Shown here: in pieces, positions 33,631-44,899 of the stretch
Numbering within the stretch: the first letter of the stretch is position 1
How the letters are laid out: each line of letters begins with the position of its first letter
Source of the DNA: Rhizodiscina lignyota
Taxonomy: Eukaryota
Length of the DNA: 46,593 nt
Reading direction: 5' to 3'
Assembly (NCBI GenBank): GCA_010015805.1
Contig: ML978124.1
Span: 2,542,001-2,588,593 of the forward strand
The notes under the pieces: model-generated
The model's database searches: none
Seen by the model: only the letters and a program-made list of their open reading frames with translations
What the model was told of the DNA's origin: nothing
Translations under genes and position numbers: made by a program

Positions 33631-36123
33631 TCAGGAGACAGTTGTATGTGGTGGAGTGCTCTGACGAGGCATCAAGCATTTTAAGAGGAAATGATCATCC
33701 GAGTCGGTCAAAGTAGAGTTCGAACTGAAGCGTTCAGTCAATATGTCCATCACATCTGTTTGTTGTCAGCAAATCGAGATATTTTCTATTCTTGCAGCGT
33801 TGGCAGCGAACCGAGAGTAGCAGTTCCGACATCCCAGTATTCCGAGATGCGCGCCACGGTTTCACGAATCATTTCTCTCTCAAGTTCTCCTCGAGCAGGA
33901 GTTGGTGCTGCAAAAGTCGCTTGCAGATAGGCACCATATGGACCAAGGAATGCGCAGACTTGGAAAGGCTGTATAGTGATGCAATACTCTGGCCGCCATA
34001 TTCGAATCGCTCGGAGAACAGGATTGAGCGTACGTCGGTACCTTGGAGCGTATGAGAGATTGATTGTTCCGCTTGCTGAGACTGGACGACGTGAATTGTT
34101 TGGATGAGCCTCTGATGGTGATTCTCGTGTCGGCTCGCTTGCGGAGTTTTCATTGCTCGCATCCATGACGTATGTAAATGCACTGCCTCTGTCAATCAAA
34201 TGGAAGGACTGGAGAGATAAGGAACGATTAACGTTACCCTTGAAGCATTATATGCATTGCGATGATCCAATTATCATGACCCACAGACTCCTCCTCAAAC
34301 AATAATGTGTCGGAGCTCACATGGAATTGGGCTGGGATGCTCATTGCAAAGCAATGGATCACATCTCCGAGATCGCGCATCTCCATGGAACAGCCTTTGC
34401 CTTTGAGTGACATCTCATGGCTGCAAATCATAAGTTGATTTGCAACGAGATACCACGCATGCGGGTTGAGATTGGTAGATGCTTTTAATTGCTTCCATGA
34501 ACTCAGGACGTCGTCATCGAGAAATGCGGAAGTGCGTGGAGTTTCTGAATACCAACTTTCATCTGTGCTTGGAAGTAACACATGCATCCGACCGCGGTCA
34601 ATGGTGAGTGGGCGGCACCTTATGACTGACGCAAAGTTGTCGCACTCTACGGCGGCCCACCAAGCTCGGCGAAGTTCCTCTCGGCGAACCCATTCGATCG
34701 CAGGGAGAGATTGAGTCTTTGATCCTCGCAAATCCTCATCAATGGTATTGAGTGAAAGACTGTACGCTGCACGGACGCAGTTTCCAGCAAGAAACCAAGC
34801 CTTTCCGCCTGGTGCGCAAGCCAGCCAGAAGAATGCAGCCAACAGAGAGCCGTGGAGGAACGTGAGGGATGGTGTGTCCATTTCGGCATACATCAGAAGC
34901 CGATTGATGAGTAGCCCTGACTGCCGTGCAAATAGGCGGCCTCTTTTCTTTCGCGGGATTGCTGAAAATATTGGAAGATTTGAGAATCGAGCTGATAGTG
35001 CCATCATTCCGTAAATGACGAGTGCATCCTCGATGGGAAGTGTCGGTTTGTCGTCTGCAATACCCAGGAGTTCTGGGAGGCGACTCTGGTATTTTGGTCG
35101 ATTGATTATGGGCACGAAGGCGTGGATCTTCTCAAAGTATGTTTGGATTCTGTGATAAATATCAGAGGGATTGGCGAGAGGGGAAGGAATGGGCTCACAA
35201 AGCACGCGCAACAGAAGCATTCACCATGAGAGTAACGTTTGTTTCCATCTCTTCATCATCCAGTTCCCCAATTGAGTGATCGATGTGGTGTGAACTGCTG
35301 ATCTGTTAGTATCCTGATAGTGAAGATGTACCGCCGACTACCTTGACATATACTTGCTGCTCTGTCGGCTTGTTTCGCTGCTGTCGCTACCATTCATGGC
35401 GGAAAGCAAATTGGGGAAGCCAGGGCTCGGCAAAGACATGCCGAATGTCTCTGAATTTGAGAGTTCTGGAAATAAATCACCATCCGTGGGAGACCACGAG
35501 AATCCGGCCGCGAAGTCTGGTAGACTGGGGCTTTGCTGTACATCTCCGGGCCCTCCAGATTCTTGTATCAGCCAGTTGCTTGATCTTTGAAGTCCGTAAT
35601 ACATGTCGAGGACATTCTTTTGAGGTTGTATCGTAGTCTGATCTGGTTGAGACTGAGGGTAAAAGCCAGTGTGCGTGTCGCCCACAGCATTCTGAGCGAT
35701 CGAAGGACCGGCATCCTGGATCTGGATTTCTCCAGAAGACTTGCCATCAGCTTCACATGTCTGTGTCACCAGGCTTGTCCCATTCGTGTCTCCGAGCGTG
35801 TGTGCTTCAGAACTTCCTGGAGAGCTTTGTTCGGATGTGTCACGCTCTAGCGTTACGCGTCGTCGCTTTTCTGGCGGTCTGGCTGATGTTTCCACTGTTG
35901 GTAGCCTGCGTGTCGTTGGAAACACGCACAAATTCCCAGTCCGCATGCAAAGAGAGCAGATTGGGCGCTTCATGTCACATTTTGTCTTTTTTCGTTTGCA
36001 AGCTTCACAGGCGCGATGCGGGAGAATTGTCGCTCGAACTCCCTCTGTCGTGCTGACAAGTCCGTACCGACCGTTCATGTCTTGCCGCGGACCCGCTGAA
36101 AAGGGTACAAATATCGCTTCCAT
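33631..36123 (-). CDS. Zn(II)2Cys6 transcription factor with fungal_trans domain (TF2), multi-exon
   Basis: 6-Cys cluster ACEACKRKKTKCDMKRPICSLCMRTGNLCVFP, plus YFEKIH..VPII and EELRRAWW. The end is 33631 if a final short intron is used, otherwise 33786. Confidence 0.88.
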
Positions 36124-36898
36124 GATGGACTGTGACCGATTGAGAGTCCTCTAGCCCATGGCCTTACGAAGACGGCGGTTCAATAGAGACGGGAGTGGAT
36201 GGTGATTAATGAAAGTGTAGGTCTTTTTGCGGGGACGCCAAGATCTGGGGTGTTCAGGCCGGGGTTCGTGTCCGCCCTGCTTTCCTCCTGCAATCCGCCA
36301 CATTTCCCGAGCGATCCCGAGGATTACATATAAATTGATAATCTCGTGCCTTTTAAATGTCATCTTTTGACTATGCGATACTGTCGAAATGAATGCACTT
36401 GCGCTAGAGCCATCTTCGTCCCAATTCGATTTCCGCACAATGCTGCAACTGCTGCCGCCCGCTTTCTTCGCCAAGATTAGCACTTCTCTTGGAGCGGACA
36501 TGGATTTCTTATGATTCTTTGAGACTATTCATCTCTTAGTGGCTGTGCAAAGTGCTGTGGTGCATTGAGGAACATGTAGCTTGCGACTATCTTCGAGATG
36601 GAGAGCCTCCGCCCTCATAACCAGTGTGTTTGAGACCGAATCGACCCAACCAGAGCAAGTCTATCTCATAGACTAAATGATAGAGATGGTTTCAACAACT
36701 AATAGACACTGCAGATAGTATCACGATAGAACGGAATACCGATCCCGATTGAAGCTACATGGTAAATTCCAGACGTAACGGTAATGTGCCGGCTGCTAGC
36801 TTTTCTATCCCTCTATTCTTTATTTCTTTTCCCCTAGCACTCACATACTTACAATATCAACCTGATCCTCTCTATCTTCAATCGAAGATTTCTTCTAT

Positions 36899-38775
36899 TC
36901 AAGTCCGTTCAAGACCTTTGCCTCTTGTGAAGAGCGCCGCAACGAAGCCGATAAAAGCGAAACCAGAAGACGCGATGAATGCCAGTCTGATACCCTCGTA
37001 GTACACCATTTGTGCAGACATTCGCACTTCTAGCGGCAAATCGCGGAGTGCTGCAACTGAATGTCGAACTTCGTCAATGACCTGTACAAGCGAGCAAGAA
37101 AGGTTAGCTATTTCGCGCCTCCATGTCGTATGAGTGTATGGAAGGGGGAAACGATGAAAGGCGCACTCTCCATTTATTTGGAATCTCTCCGAGAGCCACA
37201 GGCAAGCGGCTTTTAAGCACGTTCTGAGTAATTGCGGAGGTTACTGCAACGCCCCAGACGGTACCAAGAGAACGAATAAGGTACACTGTTGAAGAAGAAA
37301 CAGCGTGGTCTATTCGGCCTATCAGTCAAATTTCCTTGGAACAAAGAGAGTTTTTTGCTGACCGGAATGATCAAATATAGCCAGGAACGTAAACAATGTG
37401 CCGGGATAAGCCATTCCTTGCCCAAGATTGGCAGGAAAGAGGTACACGATGTACTTCCAATCCGCATCCCGGAAACTGAGAGAAGCAGCCAGAGCATTGC
37501 CAACCAGCATGAGGAAGGCCCCAACCCTGACCAGCACTGCAAGCTTCCCCCAGCGGGACATGACTACTCCAGCAATCACGCCGCCGACTGGTGTCGCGAG
37601 CGAAGGAATCACAAGTCTACTTCCAGCCTTGGTAGCAGACTCGAGAAGAACGACTTGGAAGAACAAGGGAATGAGGAAGAGATACTGCTGAGAATTAGCA
37701 TGCGTGTTTCATTTTCAGGCTTCAAAGTCGAGCACTCACCGCATATGCAGCCATTCCGAAGAAAACGTTTGCCAATTGTGTGGCAACTGGCTGCTTACCA
37801 TGAAGCATCCGCAGCGGGATGACCGGCATCGCCTTTGTCTTTGCTTCTACAACGAGGAACAGTGCGAGCAACACCACACTTCCGACCAAGGTCGATATCA
37901 CCCACGGGCTACTCCAAGGAAGTTCGTTCCCCCCAAGGCTCAGAGCAACAAGCTGAGAGGACAAACTCAAGATCAGCAGCGTAGCTCCAGCGATATCAAG
38001 CTTCCCCCAGACTGAGCGTTTCTGGTCACCGTCGGGAGCAACACCCGTGAGATTCTCCGGGGACTTTATAGCAACATGGCCAATACCCAGGGCGAGAAGA
38101 GAGATTGGAACTTGCAGCAGGAAGCACCATCGCCATCCAATTGTGTCTGCAATCGCACCGCCAACGCTGGCTCCGCATATGCTTCCGAAACCGAACAAGA
38201 CGTTCTGCACTGCTTGGTAAGCCCCTCTCTTCCTGAACGGAATCAGGTCGCTGTTGACGATCGTGGCCACTGTCATTAAGCCGCCGCCTCCGACGCCCGT
38301 CAATGCTCTCATTGTATTGAGTAGCCAGATGTATTTTGCTAGTCCGCAGCCCAGACATCCAATCATAAAGGTGAGTGTAGCGATGAAGAAGCAGATGCGT
38401 CGACCGAAGATGTCCGAGAAGCGGCCATAAAGAGGCTGGAACGCCGTATACGTGATTAGATATGAGGTAGTCAGCCACGACGCAGTATTTGCGGCCGAGA
38501 ACTCTGAAGCGATGAGGGCGTACGTCGACGCTGTGATTGTGCCATCAAAACCCGAAAGGAAGACATTTGCGAATATTGCTGCTCCCATAATCAGTCCAGC
38601 TTTGAAATCAAATCTGAAGTTATTCAGCATACATACCGATCTCAATCCAAATAAATCCTTTCGGAGCCTTCCACCGCTGTTGATCTTCCAAAAGCGTCGT
38701 GGTTTCTCCCACGTCTTGTTCCTCGTCTTGATCGGATGATGACCCTGTCAACAACCTATGAGAGAATTGATCCAT
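36899..38775 (-). CDS. MFS transporter, DHA2/Vba-type (14 TM), multi-exon
   Basis: Motifs FLSGFDGTITAS, SWLTTSYL, QPLYGRFSDIFGRR, RALTGVGGGG and GWRWCFLLQVP. The last exon ends KGLERT-TGA. Confidence 0.88.
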
Positions 38776-39148
38776 TAAAATGTACGAAGAGAGGCCATTC
38801 TCAATTTCTTTTTGTTTCGAAAAGGGATTTTGATTGACTGTGCAAATTTCTGCAACGAGCATCGTCATAAGCGATTGCCCCTCGTTTGGCTGCATAACGC
38901 AACCTACACGTGGAATTACGCCACACTCTCCGATCGGAGCAGGTGAAGCTATAAAGAGCTCCAACTGTGCATCTTGGGCGAGGGACCAAGATAGCTCTTC
39001 ATCCGACGGCCATTCTGCTGCTGTCTGAAAACTGCCTCTTTCTTGCGCATATTTGAACAGAGCGCAGAAACATCAACAAGGTCAATGTACCCTTCAATCC
39101 CCATGGCGACCGTAATGTCTTCTAACGGGGCTAGAAGTATCGTCCGTC

Positions 39149-40878
39149 ATGAAGAATATCCTTGTGCATTTATCTGCAGGCATTGCGTGCTTGCCGTTGG
39201 CTTTCGCAGACTGGCAATTCAAGTCCAGGCCCGATTTGGCACCACCGCGCCTGAATATAACAATTCCCGTTGCTTCAGATGCGGATAAAGGGTATCTCTT
39301 TGTCGCGCCCTTTGCAGGCTTTCCTGACAAGCCTGGAGAAACATATGGCCCTCGCCAAGCGGCACCGTACAGCTTCCGCGACAATGGGAACTTGGTCTGG
39401 TCTGGATACGGGTATTACTCTATTTGGGCAACCAACTTTTAAAAGGCACGCTGGAATGGCAAAGATGTGCTCTTTTCTTTCGAAGGCGATCATAGTGTGT
39501 TATATCTGTACAGCATGTATGTTGTTAATATGGCCTAACTGAATGCAACAGATGCTCTGCACGGGCATGGTCATGGGCACACCACGATCTTGGACCAGCA
39601 CTATGAGACTATCCGGGAGCTGCGAGCTGGCAATCACAAGCTCACGGATAAACATGAGTTTCATGTCATCAACGAGAAAACTGCATTGATTCAGATATAT
39701 CAACCGGTGCCTCGAGATCTCTCCAAATGGGGTGCATCACCAGAGCAGCAATAGATTGTGGATGCCATCTTCCAAGGTCTGCTCTGTCGTCTGTCAATCA
39801 AGTTCGATCGGATCACTGACTCATCGCAGAACTCGATATTGAGACTGGCAAGCTTCTCTTTGAGTGGTCAAGCCTGGAACATGTGCTCCCGGACGAGGCA
39901 GTTCTTCCCCTCAACCCCGGCCAAGCTGGTTCAGGCTACAACTCTTCCGATGCTTGGGACTACTTTCATATTAACTTGGTCGACAAAGACAAACATGGTA
40001 ATTATCTCATCTCCGCTCGTGACGCTTGCTCCGTTCACAAGATCAACGGGACCAGCGGCGAGATCATCTGGCGCCTGGACGGAAAGAAATCCGACTTTAT
40101 GTTGGGGCGTGGCGTCAAGTTTTGCTTCCAGCATCACGCACGGTTTGTCTCCTATGAAGGAGATGAAGAGATCATCTCACTTTACGATAACTCTGCACAT
40201 GGCACTGAAGACGGTCGCGGTCGCGAAGTCCACACGGCTTCGACGTCTTCTGGGAAGATTATCAAGCTCAACACTCGAACTTGGGAGGCTACGCTCGTAC
40301 AAAGCTTCTACCCACCGGATGGTTTGCGTTCGAAATCCCAGGGAGGCACACAGCTTCTCCCTGGCGGTAATGTTCTTGTAAACTGGGGGTCCGAAGGTGC
40401 CGTCACAGAGTTCCGAGCGGATGGTACCCCGATCTTCCATGCCTATATGGACTCTGGCTTCCTCGGCGAGGGCGTTGAGAACTATCGTGCATTCAAGTAC
40501 AATTGGATTGGCTTGCCGAACGAGCCGCCTGCGATTGCGTACCTCGGGCATGGCAATGATGTCGCAGCGTACGTATCGTGGAACGGAGACACGGAGACTG
40601 CGGCTTGGAGATTCTATTCTGTGATTGGAGACTTGGGCGCAAGAGAGTTTCTCGGCGAAGCTAACAGGACGAGCTTTGAGACTTTGCTCTCTCTGAAAGG
40701 ACTGCGAGTTGAAAAGATAGTTGCTGATGCATTGTCTGCTGACTGGAAAGTCCTGGCAACGACTGGTATCGCGACACTTGAACAGGACGTTGAACCCGTG
40801 GAGCTGTTGCCTGGCTCTGCAGAAGAAAAGGAGCAATTTATTATCAAGCCTGGCGGGATCCGCACAGATCTGAGGTAA
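39149..40878 (+). pseudogene. Secreted arylsulfotransferase (ASST-domain) gene with two in-frame nonsense codons
   Basis: Signal peptide followed by FKSRPDL.PP, DKHEF, WDYFHIN, FQHHARF, SLYDN, SQGG.Q.LP.GNVLVNWG, YRAFK, YVSWNGDTE and SFET. Premature TAA at 39440-39442 and TAG at 39752-39754 fall within exons. Confidence 0.85.
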
Positions 40879-41631
40879 ACCTACAGCGCAAGCATTAGCC
40901 CCTCGTCTGAAGAGGCTTGGGCGCTACCACATATGCTAAACTGTCGATAACTGTCCTGATCTTACGTAAGATGTGAACTGGTGATGGATCGTTTGCACTT
41001 GACCTGAGCAGAGAAATTCGGAGAATCAACTTTTCATTGTACACAAAAAATCAATCTATGGAAGCATCAGAAAAATCAAGTTCGGCTCCAACCGAAGCTT
41101 GCGGTGCTCCCATAAGTCGTCAGCTCTGAAGGGGAATTCCTTGACATATCTTAAAGCGATAATACTATGCTCTTAAGGCCGGACAAGAAATTGCGGCCTG
41201 CATTTGGTTTATTGCGAGACGCAGCTGGAAGAATGTGAGTGGCTTCCTCTTTTAGAGAATATCTCACATTCTGGAGTTCACGGATGGCGGGGTTTCCGAC
41301 CCGTCGCTACGTATCGCGCGAGTCAAAATGATGGTGAAAGAGCGAGGTCTGCTTTCGTAATCGCTCTGGAGTTGCTCTGAGCCACACGACACTAGCCAAT
41401 CGGATGCGCAGATCACATCCGGTGTGGCGCCTTGCCTGCTTTGAAAGCACTTGGAACGAAGGTACAAAGCTCCCCGGCCCGTGGATGAAGTGGACGATAT
41501 AGTAGACGTCTGGGCGAAAGATGGACGAAGGATGGGCATAAAGCAAGTCGAACTAAAGTCAATTTGACTGGCAGATCGCAATTGCAAAGTTCACATCCCG
41601 GCATCTCGAACCTAATCACAGAACAAGCACA

Positions 41632-42900
41632 ATGGCAGAGCAGCACATAGTCGTTGTCGGAGCCTCATACGGCGGCATTCTGGTCGCGCACTACGTCGCC
41701 AAACACATTGTCACGAACCCTAACCTCCAGAACCTCCGCCTCGTCATCATCAATCCGTCTCCAGACTTTTATCATCAAGTCGGCGCACCCCGAGCGATCA
41801 TTGACGGCAAACTGCTCCCCAATGAGAAGGCGTTTTACAGCCTCGCCGACGGCTTCGCGCAGTATCCGTCTAAATCTTACAAGATCGTCGTCGGGACGGT
41901 GACTGCCGTGGACACAAATGCGAGGAGCATAAAATGTGAGACGAAAGATGGCAAGACAGAGGAGGTCCCTTATCACGCCCTCGTCCTTGCAACAGGCGCG
42001 TCAGCGACATCACCGCTTTTTACGTCTTTCCCGGACACGGACAACACTCGCGCCGCGCTTGCTGCTTTCCGCAAAGCTCTTCCGACCGCGAAATCAATCG
42101 TTATTGGTGGAGGTGGGCCTGTCGCAGTCGAGTCGGCGGGGGAGATTGGCGAGTTTCTGAATGGAAGAGCGGGATGGTTCTCCTCGAGGCCGTCGAATCC
42201 AAAAGCGAAAGTGACTGTCGTCACAGCGGGGAAGAAGCTTCTGCCAATATTGCGCGAAGATGTTGCTGCACGAGCTGAGAAGTATCTGAACAATGTTGGA
42301 GTGGATGTGGTGTACAACAGGAAGGTCGTCTCGGTCAGCCCGAAGGATGCTGGATTTACAGTCGACACGCTTGTGCAAGAGAAGAACAAACCGATCAAGG
42401 TGCAGCTCGACGATGGGCAGATTCTTGAGGTAGACATCTACATTCCAGCTTATGGTGTCACACCGCAAGCGAGATACCTCCCTCAGAATCTCTTAACAGA
42501 GAGCGGGCACATTAAAACAAATTCGAAGACGCTACGAGTCGATGATGCCGGTCCACGCGTGTATGCTGTCGGTGACGCATCTTCTGCATCTCCGGGTGGC
42601 ATCTTCCATCTAATGAACATGCTGCCCGTCGTCTCGACGAACTTGAAGCGCGACCTGATGGCTGCTTCAAAAGGCAAATCAAAGCCAGACACCGGCAAAG
42701 ACAGGGAGTTTGAGATTGACAGCCGTGCAACGCAGGTCGTTCCTGTGGGAAGAGCAAAAGGCGTCGGTCAGGCGTTCGGTTGGTGGGTGCCAAGTTTTCT
42801 GGTCTGGGCCCTTAAGGGAAGAGACTTTATGGTCTCGATGATTAACAATTACCATCTCGGTAATATGGTGAAGAAGGAGTACACGTGGAAGTTTGAGTAG
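41632..42900 (+). CDS. AIF/AMID(FSP1)-like FAD/NAD(P)H oxidoreductase
   Basis: Intronless 422-aa ORF with IVVVGASYGG, YHALVLATG, IVIGGGGPVAVESAGE and VYAVGD. Confidence 0.9.
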   Translation: MAEQHIVVVGASYGGILVAHYVAKHIVTNPNLQNLRLVIINPSPDFYHQVGAPRAIIDGKLLPNEKAFYSLADGFAQYPSKSYKIVVGTVTAVDTNARSIKCETKDGKTEEVPYHALVLATGASATSPLFTSFPDTDNTRAALAAFRKALPTAKSIVIGGGGPVAVESAGEIGEFLNGRAGWFSSRPSNPKAKVTVVTAGKKLLPILREDVAARAEKYLNNVGVDVVYNRKVVSVSPKDAGFTVDTLVQEKNKPIKVQLDDGQILEVDIYIPAYGVTPQARYLPQNLLTESGHIKTNSKTLRVDDAGPRVYAVGDASSASPGGIFHLMNMLPVVSTNLKRDLMAASKGKSKPDTGKDREFEIDSRATQVVPVGRAKGVGQAFGWWVPSFLVWALKGRDFMVSMINNYHLGNMVKKEYTWKFE

Positions 42901-44899
42901 GAGGGTAAGTGTCTGTTTATTTCTGTAAGCGATTTGGTCGGGACACCCTTTGAAGAGGCATTTTCCACTCTTCTTTTCTTGTTGTATTTACCAAGAAGAG
43001 CGTCGTAGCGTTTCTATCATCTGGTATCTTTCGTCGCATCTGATATGAAGCAATCCGAGTTGTTTCGTATCGCAATTTTTCTGGCTCAGTCTCTGTCTGC
43101 ACTATACAACTCGCAATCGCATAGCTCCTAGAAATAGAAGCTTGTTTGATCTAAATGCTCCGGCGGACAGCCGGTCGGATGACGATTGATACGGGAGAGT
43201 TGGGATCTTGTTTGAATTGAGAGGTGAATCGTGACTGTGGCGGCTTACAAATCTGAAGCTCCAGTAGGCGCCGGTGCAATACCTCTGCACCGTTCTTTTA
43301 TGTTGGCAAGGGTGTGATCGAGTCTTCGATTATTGCGTTCAACGCCCTGGATCCTCTGCCCCTGCTTAGAAACCTTCGTGCAAGCTCCAGCCCCAGATAT
43401 TGTAGGCGAATGTCTCTTTCACCGTTGTGCTCTCGGCGGCCTCCGTGTTGGATCCATTTGAAAGCTGGTGGGCGAGTGAGCGTCGAGAGGAGAGGCGGAG
43501 GAAGCGCAACGGTAGAGGGAGCGCAAAGGGTCGAGGAAGCGCAAAGGATCAAGACCATCAGTTCGGCAGCTAATAATGAGTGGAGCGTTAGATTCGGTCG
43601 TTCGAAGTCGTGTTTGTGAGAGCATCTGCGGCTGATATTCGTGTTGTCGTCGATTGAAATGGGAGTGAGGCTCGGGAAGCGTGATTGAGAAGGCCACAAA
43701 AGTCTGACAAGCCGTTCTGATCGTCAAACCCGTTCCGACCACCCAAACACGTGCAGGTGGGCTCCCAATTGATTATCCTGCGTAAAACGATTGTTCGGGC
43801 TTCTAGTTGCTGTTGGTATCGTTGGAATTGAGTTGCGCTGCGGGGTTGTCGTCGTGAGGTGTCAACTTCCCGCTTTACTGCATGACGTGTTGAGGAGGAA
43901 AGTGCTTGGGTCCAAATTCAAAGCAAATTTGATAGAGTTTGAGTTGTTAACTTAAAAATCAACGTTTGCGCTTAATGACTGGAAGATGCAGCTTGGGATG
44001 GACAGAGCTTTGCGTGCCGACCTCGCCGGATCTACTGTGTTCGCCGTATCTGCAAAATTCACTGACTTTCTGCGACATGCTAGATTTTCTGCTTCAGCCC
44101 AGATATCTTGCGCAGAGAGGGCGGACAATTTTGATATGGGCGTGAAGCCTGCAATGTACTCTACACAACTACGTAGATATCTCTTGAAATGATGCCGTGC
44201 TTCTCGTTCGGCGTCGTCTCCGCTGACAGCCCTCAGAATGACTGATTTGGCTTCACTGATAGTTACCTGCGACATGTTTTGTCTGTTTCAATTGACCTGC
44301 AGTGCGTTGAGTAGAGCAGACCGAGAGCTTGCCGCCGATACTACGATGAATGCAAACGACCCCCAATTGGCTGAGTTGTCGTATCCCGAACGCTGGCAAG
44401 TCACCTTCTACCTTCTCATGGTGAGATATATGCCATTCTTCTTGCCATACCCTGAACATCTCTTAGTGCATAATTCAGAGTAGACTCTGGGCTTGCAGCT
44501 GATACAGATATCTTGAAGATTCTTGACCAATTGGCGATAGTCTTAGGCAACGCTCAGCAAAGTGGCAGTTTGGCCTATGTATTAGAGACAGTCGCCATTG
44601 CACATATAACCTCATTGATTTTGGAAACAAATATGTGCAGAAACTTCAGGTCTGACGATGTGTATAACAGTCTCATGGCACCTCACCTTGTTAGCCCATA
44701 ATCTTACGCTCCTCACTTAGAATGTAGTAGAAAGATGCCCAAGCCAACAGTCCTCCGTATCTGTAAAGAAACTTTAGCTGATATATAGTCTAAAAAATCG
44801 TAGAAATCGAGCACTCCTCTAGGATGCAAAATCGGGAAGCAACCTTGTAGGTTTGTCTTAGGACCGTGTAAACCAAGGGAGATGCATACCTGTAGGTGA

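Larger units (their letters stand above)
7431..36123. other. Putative aromatic-compound catabolic/detoxification gene cluster bounded by two Zn2Cys6 regulators
   Basis: Co-location of hydroxylases, a ring-cleavage dioxygenase, two FAH-fold hydrolases, reductases, a thioesterase and a hydrolase in divergent pairs. No backbone synthase gene is present. Confidence 0.7.

Noticed and set aside
40177..40836. 219-aa minus-strand ORF and many similar antisense ORFs (e.g. 1706-2089, 25413-25808, 41973-42437, 37289-37822)
   Set aside because: They are shadows of genuine genes on the opposite strand and carry no recognisable motifs.
7431..42900. Secondary-metabolite biosynthetic cluster
   Set aside because: There is no PKS, NRPS, terpene cyclase or prenyltransferase in the window, and the ring-cleavage and FAH enzymes point to catabolism. 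A backbone gene outside the window cannot be excluded.
43497..43550. Three imperfect 17-18 bp tandem units (GAGGRAGCGCAAMGG) within short ORFs 43298-43742
   Set aside because: The repeat is short and degenerate, the overlapping ORFs show no recognisable protein features, and no function can be supported.
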